A program made the translations under genes and the position numbers. This document shows positions 48,302-57,922 of a stretch of 64,000 bases of DNA, one piece after another. Source of the stretch: an uncultured Planctomycetota bacterium. Its GTDB lineage: Bacteria > Planctomycetota > Planctomycetia > Isosphaerales > Isosphaeraceae. The notes below the pieces were generated by a model. That model did no database searches. It was not told the DNA's origin and saw nothing but the letters and a program-made list of their open reading frames with translations. The first letter of the stretch is position 1. Every line of letters begins with the position of its first letter. The DNA is taken from assembly GCA_963845755.1 (NCBI GenBank), contig CAWJTV010000012.1, positions 138,062-202,061 on the forward strand, read 5' to 3'.

Positions 48302-48428
48302 TTGGCCATCAAACGACATCTGTAAAACCCGCCGGTTCGGCGGGGATAGGGATCGTCCGTACATAGGTCCCAAATCGGCATCACGCCAATTCCCACATGG
48401 CTGTCTTTTCCCTTTCAAGGGATGTCCC

Positions 48429-50435
48429 CTGGTATGTGGCGAAGTGAGGTACTAAAGATTCTTGACCAGCAACAACAGGGGGGCCTGGGGGGGTCAAGGA
48501 TCTTTCTACTGAACGCCCGAGCAGACTTCCAGAATGGGAGTTGGGTCTCTTCTCAACTCGATTCGGAGGTCCTGTTCCATGGCTACCAAGTCCCCGTCGA
48601 AGAACCGTCGCCGTCGCAGCCGCATGCCCTTCATAAGCCTCGGGGGGTCATTCACCCGCGCGTCCAAGCGGTCGGACCGGAGCACTTCGGCTTGGTGGCG
48701 TCGATTGCGCCAAGGCACGCTCCAGGATGATGCTCGCCGACTTCTACGGCCGAGTCCTGCTCGAGCCGACCACCGTCGAACACAACAGATCCGACTTCGA
48801 GACCGCCGTGACGTCGCTTCGCGAGGCCATGGCCCGGCACGGCATCCAGGACGTGATCGTGGTCGTCGAGCGCACCGGTCGCTATCACGGCCCGGTCCAG
48901 CGCAGCTTCCGCAAGGCGGGCTTCGAGGTCCGCATCGTTCATCCTTACACCACCAAGCAGTATCGACTCCCCGCCGACCCCGGCAACAAGACCGACGACA
49001 CCGATCTCTCCGCCATCCACCGCGCCGCCGTCAACGGCTTCGGCCTGCTGGAGCCCGAACCCGACCCGATCTATGCCCGACTCCAACTGCTGGCCAGGCA
49101 CCGCCGCACCTCGGTGCAAAAGCGAGTCGTCCTCCAACAGCAGATGCTCGAGCATCTTCAATCGTTCATGCCAGGATACTCGAAGTGCTTCGACGATCTC
49201 TTCGATTCTCCGGCCATCCTCTGGGTGGCCAGGGACCTCGGCTCGGCCGCGGCGATCGCCCAGATCGGCCTGGCCGGCTTGAGCCAACAGGTTCGACAGG
49301 CCGGCCTCCGAGTGTATCGGTCCACCCTGGAAAAGATCGTCGCTTGGGCCCGGTCGGCACCGTCGGCCGAGGAACCGGCGTCGCTCCATCACCGCATCTT
49401 CCTGGAGCTCGACGCCGACCAGGTCGCCAAGGCTCAAGCCATCCAGGCGGTCGAGGGTGACCTGGCCGGGCTCTTGGCCGGGACGCCCTACCTGCTCCTG
49501 CTGGGCATCGTCGGGATCAACGTGGTCTCGGCCGCCGAGTTCGCCGGCGAGATGGGGCCGATCGAGCGCTACACCAAGGCCCGAGCGATCACGGGCCGCG
49601 CCGGGTTGTTCCCCTCGCGGTACCAGAGCGACCAGGTCGATCGTCGCGACGGTGCGCTGGTCCGACACGCCAATCGCGACCTGCGATCCGCCATCCTCAC
49701 GATTGCAGATAACTTGATCAAATGCAATGATCACTTCGCGGTCCTGGCCGCGGGATGGCGGCTCAGGGGCAAGGACGCCCGTAGCGTCCGTGTCCAGGTC
49801 GCCGGTCGGTTCTGCCGGATCGCCTACCAGATGGTAGCCGGTCGGATGACCTTCCAACACCCCTGCGCTCAGCAGCGGGATCCCATCCTCGATAAACTGA
49901 TCAGGTTTTCTCTTGAGCATATCATTCCACCTGATCAGCTCTCGCGAAACCTCGACGCCGCAGTGGCCCAACTCCCGCACACGGCGCATCGTGAGGAAGC
50001 GGCCGCTGTGGCGGAGGAGCTGGCTCGGGTCCCGAAATCGCGGGGAACGGGACCGCGCCAGCTAGACACGATTCTCCCCGCCATCTTGGCCAAACTGGAG
50101 GGGAACCTGGTAAGATCACCGGAGTCAGGGGAGGCTGATCCCACAGAGTGACCATCCGGACCAGGGGCCGAACAACGTCGAATCTGTCCCCAAGGCGCAA
50201 AGCCGTGGAAAAGCGTGGCGCTCTGTCTCGGATCACCAACGTCGGATAAGGCTGTGTGGGGTCACTCCCCTGATAAACCAGTATGGCGAGACGTGATCCC
50301 TGACGAGACCGAGGTGGCCCCTGGTCGGGATTGGCCATCAAACGACATCTGTAAAACCCGCCGGTTCGGCGGGGACAGGGATCGTCCGTACATAGGTCCC
50401 AAATCGGCATCACGCCAATTCCCACATGGCTGTCT
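48429..50435 (+). mobile_element. IS110 family element, copy 2 (recombinase 5' end frameshifted; ORF 48727-50151)
   Basis: Near-identical to copy 1 with the same junctions; scattered substitutions and small deletions. Confidence 0.92.
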
Positions 50436-50446
50436 TTTCCCTTTCA

Positions 50447-50470
50447 AGGGATGTCCCCTTTTCCCTTTCA
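50447..50470 (+). repeat. Empty unit of the 24-bp target repeat AGGGATGTCCCCTTTTCCCTTTCA
   Basis: Identical to the sequence rebuilt by removing either IS110 copy. Confidence 0.85.
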
Positions 50471-50624
50471 AAACGAGCCGGCTTCCTCGGAGAAGGCCCA
50501 GGCGGGCTCGCTCACAGTTCCGGAGCGAGACGAGCTCGATGAGTACATCGCGGTGGCCGACCACTTGGCCATCCTCCGATCCCAAGCCCGCCGGGCCTTG
50601 GAGCCCGCCAAGCCTTCGTCGTGA
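50470..50624 (+). pseudogene. 3' fragment paralogous to 44354-44671
   Basis: Clear nucleotide similarity to about 44511-44665. Confidence 0.75.
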
Positions 50625-50629
50625 ATCCC

Positions 50630-51043
50630 ATGCGCATCCGCACGAACCTCGTCCGGCGAGTGAGGGCGCGAGCAAGGGGACGGCGTGAATACTGTCATCT
50701 TCCCCAGGCGCCCTACAGGCTCATCTTTCCCCTCGATCACATCCTCGCTAGCCAGCAAGGCGAAAGGACGCAGAGCGATAACCTGGGGGTCGTGTGACCG
50801 CGATTCAACCGGAACAACGGACCGAACATAGCTGGATCCGGCATCCGTAAACGTGAGATTATCAGGCTCTTTCATCCGCGTCGCGATCGGTGGGTGGATC
50901 ACTTCCTGTGGCGTGGATCGCAGTTGATCGGCTTGACCCCAATCGGCCGTGCGACCATTCGCGTCCTCGCGATCAATCACCCCGATGCGATCAAGGTCCG
51001 GAGGGAGTTGATGGCCGAAAGCCTTTTCCCGCTTGATGAATAA
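50630..51043 (+). pseudogene. HNH endonuclease pseudogene
   Basis: REYC...DHI...NL..., internal TGA 50795-50797, RLFHPRRDRWVDHF, GLTPIGRATIRVL; Zn cysteines eroded. Confidence 0.8.
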
Positions 51044-51404
51044 ATCGGCTCCTCGGGGTCTCGGGCTCCTGGCGAACCCATGCCTGGCACCGCCTCGGGC
51101 AGATACACCGACTTCTGCTCCAGCAACGACCGCACTGACGTGTTTCATGACACGGACCTCTGCGTGACACGGACTTCTGCTCTGTTTATTAAGGCTCTCC
51201 TGAGAAAGTGACAGCGCAGTTGTCATGTCATGACCCTGACGTCTGCAAAGACGCCCTGTTCGCCCTGATGATCGCCGAGAGAAACTGGAAATAGGTCTGA
51301 CCCAATCGCTCCTAATGTCTCTATTCTCCTCGCGCTCCGCGAAGACGATGAAGGTACGCGTTCAATCTCCCGTCCCAAGACCTACATGGCAGCCTTTCTT
51401 TCCT

Positions 51405-52712
51405 TCATCGCTCCCCCGTTAACGGCTTAGGCAACTCTCGAAGCGCGTCGGCCACGTCCCACAGTTTGATCGTATGATCCTTACTCGCCGTCGCCAGGAG
51501 CTTGCTGTCGGGAGAGAAAGCCAGGGAACGAATGAGCTTCTCATGGCCCTTCACAACAAGGGGCCGTCCGTAAGTCGTCGTCTCGATGAATCGGAGCATC
51601 CCGTCGGCGTCGCCCGTGGCGAGCAGCTTTCCGTCGGGAGAGTAGGCCATGCTGGTCACTGTCTCCTTATTCCCCGGCAAAGTACGCCACACCTCATTCG
51701 TGACCAGGGACCAAACTTGGACGTTGCCGGCAGCGCCCGGGGCAGCCAGGAACCTGCCATCGGGTGAGAATGTCAGGGTGTCCACTGGACCCTTGTGACG
51801 CTTGAGGACGGCCCTTTGTTCCCAAGTCTTGGTATCCCATAAGACGATTGATCCTTCGTTCGTCGTGGCCAGGGTCGTGCCGTCCCGTGAGAACGCCACG
51901 TCGTCGCTGAATGGGAGACAGAAGGGGAGACTTCCGTTCCCGAGCGCTGCTCGAAACCGTTGGGAGGCGACGTTCCAGAGGAGGATTCGTCCTTCGAGGC
52001 CAGCAACGGAGATCAGCAGGGTCTTTCCGTCAGGAGAGTACTCGAGACAAAAGACGATATCCGCAGTCTTGAGGATCACCCTCCGATTTCCTGTCGTAAT
52101 GTCCCAGAGCTCGACGGTTTCATCCGGGATGTACCTTTGGTTGCCACGCTTATTAGGACGGTAAGACGAGCTCGTGGCCACAGTCTTGCCATCAGGAGAA
52201 AAGGCCAGATTTCGAATCCTCGTATTCCTCTTCGTGAAGATGTCCCGCTGCCGACCGCTGGGGATCTCCCAAAGCCTCATCGTATCATCGCCATGGCTTC
52301 CCCCGGCCGAGACCAAGAGCTTACCGTCCGGCGAAAAGGCCACACCTCCTTCGACAGCATCCGTGTGTCCGCGGAGGACAGCCCGCGGCCGTAGATATTC
52401 CGCTTGGGCCTGGAAAGACTCCGAGACGAGGGCCAGGAATCCCGTGAGCACTGCAAGTCGTCGAAGTTGGGGAAGGCCCGAGAAAGAACGTGTGGCCGGA
52501 CGTTGTGCCCTCACGTCCGGCGACAGCCCTCGTCGAGACCGTGGCGCTTCAACTCCCCGGGAAGGATTGATGATCATGATCGCCGCTCCAAAAAAACGGG
52601 CCGAGATTGCGTTAGTACCGTCGGCGTCAACAGGTGTTCCTGGCGAACTTATAGAGCCGAATAGAGCGAAATAGAGACACATCAAGAGCGGCTTACAGCG
52701 AACTGGAGGCAT
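51405..52712 (-). CDS. WD40-repeat protein with N-terminal hydrophobic segment (start uncertain)
   Basis: About seven FSPDG...WD repeats. Confidence 0.88.
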   Translation of the reverse strand: MPPVRCKPLLMCLYFALFGSISSPGTPVDADGTNAISARFFGAAIMIINPSRGVEAPRSRRGLSPDVRAQRPATRSFSGLPQLRRLAVLTGFLALVSESFQAQAEYLRPRAVLRGHTDAVEGGVAFSPDGKLLVSAGGSHGDDTMRLWEIPSGRQRDIFTKRNTRIRNLAFSPDGKTVATSSSYRPNKRGNQRYIPDETVELWDITTGNRRVILKTADIVFCLEYSPDGKTLLISVAGLEGRILLWNVASQRFRAALGNGSLPFCLPFSDDVAFSRDGTTLATTNEGSIVLWDTKTWEQRAVLKRHKGPVDTLTFSPDGRFLAAPGAAGNVQVWSLVTNEVWRTLPGNKETVTSMAYSPDGKLLATGDADGMLRFIETTTYGRPLVVKGHEKLIRSLAFSPDSKLLATASKDHTIKLWDVADALRELPKPLTGER

Positions 52713-52800
52713 GAAAGCTCGGTCTTTCTCCGATCCATGCCGAAGACCGCTTAGCTCTCTCCTCCTGTCTCACGGTACAGGATCTGGGCCCATACCCACA

Positions 52801-54805
52801 TCATGAGCCGGATAATCTCTTGTTCGTGTCTAACCTCGGCAAGAATGGGGGTCCAGGCTGAGGGCGTACGTTCCGGAAGAACTCGGCGTAGAGCGGTCGG
52901 AGCCGGTCCGGATGCCATCGTTTGGCTTCTTTCCGACTTTTGGCGCTGTGCTCCTCGTACAAGGTCTGATCATCCCAGAGGCGAACGATCGCCTCCACCC
53001 ACGGCTTGACCTCCGCTGCAGTCGGCAAGATTTCACTTGTCGCTCTCAGCCTCTTGGGTAGCGGCAGAACGAAGCCAGCGTCGCCCAGGGTTTCGGGAAT
53101 TCCGCCCCGGTCGGAGCCAATAACTGGGATTCCATTGATCATGGCTTCTATCGCGACTAAACCTTGGGTTTCCCACCATAACGAGGGCATTAGCAGGATC
53201 TTAGTGATACTCCAGAATCGACGGGGATCGGATGTGTTCGCCATGAACTGAATGTTGCCGTGAGCATTGGGATCCAAGCCGCAGGCAGCAAGTGTGTCCT
53301 TGGTCCCCCGACTCTCGACGACCAAGAATCGGATGTCAGGGCGGAGGCGGCCCAATTCGTCAGCGATGCGGGCGAACGGGTAGACACCTTTCTCAAGGGA
53401 AGGATTGACAAAGGTGACAAGGCGAGGATCGCGATCGTTCGCCAGAACGCGCTCCCAGGCGACCGGATTGGGTAGGGTGTGACAGGCCAGCCCGACGTTG
53501 TCCCAATAGAACCGGCGCGCAAACTCCGAGGGAACAGTGCAATAATCGATTCTCCAGAAAGGGCTCAGGCTGCGATACGAGAAGTTATGGACAACGAAGA
53601 CCACAGGAATATCTCGTCGCTTGGCCAGAGCGACCATGCCGAGCGAGATTGAGTCAGAGTCAATTGTGAGAAGCACATCAGGTCGAAATGAATCCAAAGA
53701 CCTCTCGAAAAAGCGCAGAACATCAGTCACCCTCTGATTTATCGGTTTTCCTAGCCAGCTCGAGCCGAGGTGGAAGACCGTGATGGGAACCTCGTGTAGG
53801 CGCGTGAAGAGGAGCGTCGCGCGACCAGAGCCGCAAACGGAATGTCTGAGCTGATAGGAAACGCCGGCCTTACGAAGGAAACCCTGGTAGGGGACGTCGG
53901 TGTCAAAGTCCAGCATCGATGCGCAGAACGCTTGACATTCGAAATCCCATCGCGGTCAGCGCCCGAAGTACGTCAAGAGAGGCCACGGCGGCGCCGCTGG
54001 AGAAGTCGATAATCGAATGTACCGAGGCGTAGACAACCTTCCTCACACGCCGTGCCGCCGCGATAGCTCTATCCGCATCTTCGTGGAGGGGCCGCCTCGC
54101 GTGGTAGTTCACTTCGGCTCGAGCGCGTTGGCGAAGACTGGGGAAAGGGACACCGTCCCGCCTGGTTTGACTAATCCGGCGGCGTCCACTCTTGCATCGC
54201 GAAAAGAGGAACGTTGACCCGGCTCTTGCCATTCGCTTCAAGAAATCGCCGTCCACATCCCACCACAGCATATCGTTGAAACCCCCAATGCGAAGGGCGA
54301 TTTCTCGACGGTGGGCGAAACCGAGCGGCAATGTTGAATCACCCGACATGAAGAAAAGATCACGCTTCAGGCACGATGAGTCCCACACATCCACAATCTC
54401 GTCATCTCCATCGTCCTGCGTCAGGACAAGATCATAGTCAAATATTAGGAGGTCTGACCGATTTACCAGGCGCGCGACATGGTCTAGGTGCGCGGTGTAC
54501 AGCTCATCGCAGACGTCAACATACGCAATCAAAGATGCCTTCGCATGACGGAGACCAACATTACAGCCTGCAGCTCGACTCCATGGACCATTGCATGGGA
54601 TGCGACGGATGCGGGGATCGCTTTCGATGATGGACGCCCGAACCTTCAGAGAATCGGTTCCGTTCCCCGTTGACCCATCGTGGACCCATAGCAGTTCCCA
54701 GTCGAGGAATGTCTGGCCGAGAAGTGAGCGGACTGCCGATCCGGCCGACAAATCTTCATCGGCCGCGGCCATAATGACCGACACTAGTGGTGTGCTAGGG
54801 CACAC
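52801..54805 (-). CDS. GT2-GT4 fusion glycosyltransferase, frameshift near 53935
   Basis: PLVSVIMA, VHDGS, IGGFND, then VYASVHSIIDFSSGAA continuing into MPSLWWETQGLVAIEAMINGIPVIGSDRGGIPE. Confidence 0.85.
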
Positions 54806-54857
54806 TTTCCGAGCCTCCGTTATATCACTCCGGCGCTCGCGGCGACAAAGCGTTTCC

Positions 54858-56258
54858 CTATTTCGTCTTGCCTCGTCCCTTCGGCATCAGCGACAAGAAC
54901 TGGTCCACATCCCAGAACTTGATGCTACGGTCCGTACTCTTGCCATAATTGTCAGGTATGGCCATCATCCTCTTGTTATCCGGCATAGAAGACAGGTGGA
55001 CTCCGCCGGACTGGGCCAACCGAGCCCAGAGAACCTGTCGGTAGTTCTCGGTTTCCCAAAACAGCACAGTCCCATTTGCAGCACCTGCAACCAAGAACTT
55101 TCCGTCGCGCGTGTAGTCCAGAGAACGGATCGCAATTCGACTCAGGCTGGGTTTCTCCCCAAAGTCGTTCAAGGTTCGCGAGATTTTGTAGGTTTCAAGA
55201 GAACAGATGCAAACCGTGTTTGCGTAGGTGCCACAGATAATCAGCATCTCCCGGCCGTTGGGGGAGAACCGAGAGCCCCAAATCTGTCTGCCGTCTGCGT
55301 GGACCCGCGCGATCTTTTCCCAAGTCCTCGCGTTCCACAAAGCGATTCCAGTCCCCAATAGTTGTTTCTTCACCGGTGCCGGGGCCTTTGGCCTGGCGAA
55401 CGTGGACACCGTCCTGCCGTCGGGCGAGAACGAAGGGCTATAAAAATCAAAGCGCGCGTCGTGGAGCTCTGCGATAACATATCGCCTTCTTGGAATGTCG
55501 TAAATATCAATTCTGTTCATTAAACTAGAGTTAAAATAATGAGTAAGCTCATTAATATTTTTAAAATTAGTTGATACGCGAATATGTCCATCGAAATTAA
55601 ATGTGAATTTACTGGAATGATCAAATATCTCCCCCATGCCAAGATTCCCCGTCTCCGGGAAGCACTTCCGCCCCGTCGTGATCAGTGTATCGCATTTGCC
55701 GCGCTCCAAGTCGTAGACAACAATCTCATCCTGGCAAACAGATTCGAAGACGCCCTCTGAGTAGTTCTGGTCGGAAATGCCCAACACGATGCGGCGGTTG
55801 TCGGAGAGTAAGAAGGCTCTGATATGCAGAGGTTTGGTCCGTTTGGTGTGCGGCTGCTCCCGCAGCAGCTCAAGCTGTTTCTCAGGCGAGGCTAGCCGCA
55901 TTCTAAGCGTGGGGATCGTGACATCGACGATTTCCTCCTTTATGAGCCTCTGTTCAGTACCTGGCGCCAGGTCCCAGATCTTGATCATACGATCCCCAAT
56001 CTCCTGCTTGAAGCGCCTCTGCTCAGTCCCGGACGCCAGGTCCCAGATCCTCACGGTACCGTCCTCCCGTCCGGTCGTGACCAGCATGTGACCGTCGGCC
56101 GAAAGCGAGAGGTCACCCACAGGCCCTCGATGTCCGGTCAATACGGCTCGGCACGGAACTTCGACCGGTTGACCACGAGTCGATACGGTCAGCGCAGTTA
56201 GCACGAGCGTCGAGACTCCCACCTGGACCAACACTCTGCTAAGGCTTTTCCTTGTCAT
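54858..56258 (-). CDS. Exported WD40-repeat protein (candidate Rhs partner)
   Basis: Signal-like N-terminus, GH...WD repeats, divergent central part. Confidence 0.8.
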   Translation of the reverse strand: MTRKSLSRVLVQVGVSTLVLTALTVSTRGQPVEVPCRAVLTGHRGPVGDLSLSADGHMLVTTGREDGTVRIWDLASGTEQRRFKQEIGDRMIKIWDLAPGTEQRLIKEEIVDVTIPTLRMRLASPEKQLELLREQPHTKRTKPLHIRAFLLSDNRRIVLGISDQNYSEGVFESVCQDEIVVYDLERGKCDTLITTGRKCFPETGNLGMGEIFDHSSKFTFNFDGHIRVSTNFKNINELTHYFNSSLMNRIDIYDIPRRRYVIAELHDARFDFYSPSFSPDGRTVSTFARPKAPAPVKKQLLGTGIALWNARTWEKIARVHADGRQIWGSRFSPNGREMLIICGTYANTVCICSLETYKISRTLNDFGEKPSLSRIAIRSLDYTRDGKFLVAGAANGTVLFWETENYRQVLWARLAQSGGVHLSSMPDNKRMMAIPDNYGKSTDRSIKFWDVDQFLSLMPKGRGKTK

Positions 56259-56401
56259 AGGACCGGCCTGTCTCACGGAGGATTGGGGGCGTGTTGCATG
56301 CATCAACTTTTCGCAGGGTGTGGACCCAATTGAAGCCCACAACTGGCCACCCGGGTACGCCATGCAGGGCAACTTGCACGCTGCCTCCACGGTGGGTCGT
56401 C

Positions 56402-57922
56402 GTAGCCGTTCACACCCTAAACACTTTGTACAGTCAGTTCGTATTACTGTATATGAACCTACAGTTTCCGATCCCTGAAGCGCTCTGGCGGCACCCTACC
56501 CGCCGACGCCCAGGCCGCCCTTCTGGCTGCCTGGAAATCGATGAAAGATCGGATCGCTGAGTCGGAATCCACCGTGCGCGATCTCCAACCCAATTCCACC
56601 AACTCGGCCAAGCCGCCGTCCTCCGACCCGTTCGGCCTGAAGCGAAAGCCGCCGACTCCGCCGTCCCGACGAAAGCGCGGGGGACAGCCCGGCCATAGCA
56701 AAGCGTTCCGAGCCTTGGTCCCTCCCGAGAAACTTCGCTCCTCCCGAGACTGGAAGTCGTGCGCCTGCCGGCGCTGCGGCGGTGCGATTCCGGCGAGGAC
56801 CCCAACCCACTGATCCATCAGGTCGGCAATTTGCCCAGGATCGAGCCGCTGGTCGACGAATACCGCTTGCATCGCTTGAGTTGTCCGAGCTGCGGAGCGA
56901 CCACCTGCGCCACCTTGCCCGCGGGGATCCCCACCGGGATTTTCAGCCCGTACACTCAAGCCTTCCTGGCGACCCTGGCCGGTGCCTACCGCCTCAGCAA
57001 GCGGCAGATCCAGCAACTTGCCAGCGACCTGTTGGGGCTGTCGATCTCCACCGGGATGATCTCCAAGTTGGAGCGGCAGTCGGCGCAGGCCTTGGAGGCC
57101 CCTTACAACGAGCTGGCTTTCGCCGTCCACACGGCCGACGTGAGCCACGCCGACGAGACCTCGTGGCGCCAGGAGCGCGGCAAGGCTTGGCTGTGATTGG
57201 CGGTGACCGCGGTGATGACCGTCTTCACGATCTCTCGTCGCCGCAATGCCGAGCAGGCCCGAGCCATCCTGGGGACGCACGAGGGTTCGATCGCCGTGAC
57301 CGACCATTGGAGCTCTTACGATGGGATCGCCGGCGCCGGCCGGCAGATCTCCTGGAGTCATCTCCGCCGCGATTTCCAGGCGATGATCGACCGAGGCTGG
57401 GCGGCCGAACCGGTCGGCAAGAAGCTGTTGCGGCAGTCGGACCGGCTGTTCCGGTGGTGGCATCGCCTCGGGGCCGAGAAAGTGGACTGGGGGCGATTCC
57501 GCATCGCGATGAACCGGCTGAGGCGCCAGGCGAGAGCGACCCTCGGGGACGGCGTGCGCTGCGACTGCGCCACGACGCGAGGGACCTGCGACGAGATCCT
57601 GCGCGTGGAAGAGAGCCCGTGGACCTTCGCGCAGGTCGCGGTGGTGCCACCGACCAACAACTCGGCCGAGTGCGCCGAACGGCACGCGGTGATCTGGCGT
57701 CGGATCAGCGGGCGGACCGACAGCGCGCGGGTGACCCGGTTCGTGGAGCGGATGTTGACAGTGGTCGCCACGTGCCGACAGCTGAGGCGGGACGTGTTGG
57801 ACTACCTGAAGTCCTGTTTCGAAGCGGCTCGAAGCGGCCAAGCGATCCCCTCCCTCTTACCGGCAACGCCACCAAGGTCCAAAGCCGCCTGATTCCACCT
57901 ATACCGCCCTAAAAAACGGTAA
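56402..57922 (+). mobile_element. Degraded IS66 family element
   Basis: Left end GTAGCCGTTCAC; paralogue of 29862-31383 with frameshifts and a nonsense codon at 57194; right end degenerate. Confidence 0.85.

Larger units (their letters stand above)
46397..48406 (+). mobile_element. IS110 family element, copy 1 (CT cores included)
   Basis: Junctions ATGTCCC-CT-GGTAT and TGGCTGT-CT-TTTCC; subterminal IR ATGTGG/CCACAT; long non-coding right end. Confidence 0.92.

Noticed and set aside
48407..48430. IS110 tandem as a circle (right end-left end) junction or 13-bp target duplication
   Set aside because: The intervening bases are host repeat sequence; true ends are defined by the CT cores and the empty third unit.
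50795..50797. In-frame TGA at a Cys position of the HNH gene as selenocysteine
   Set aside because: Neighbouring Zn cysteines are also lost, so pseudogene decay is simpler.
57194..57196. In-frame TGA in the IS66 transposase as selenocysteine
   Set aside because: Aligns with Trp in the paralogue (KAWLWV) within a degraded element; ordinary nonsense change.
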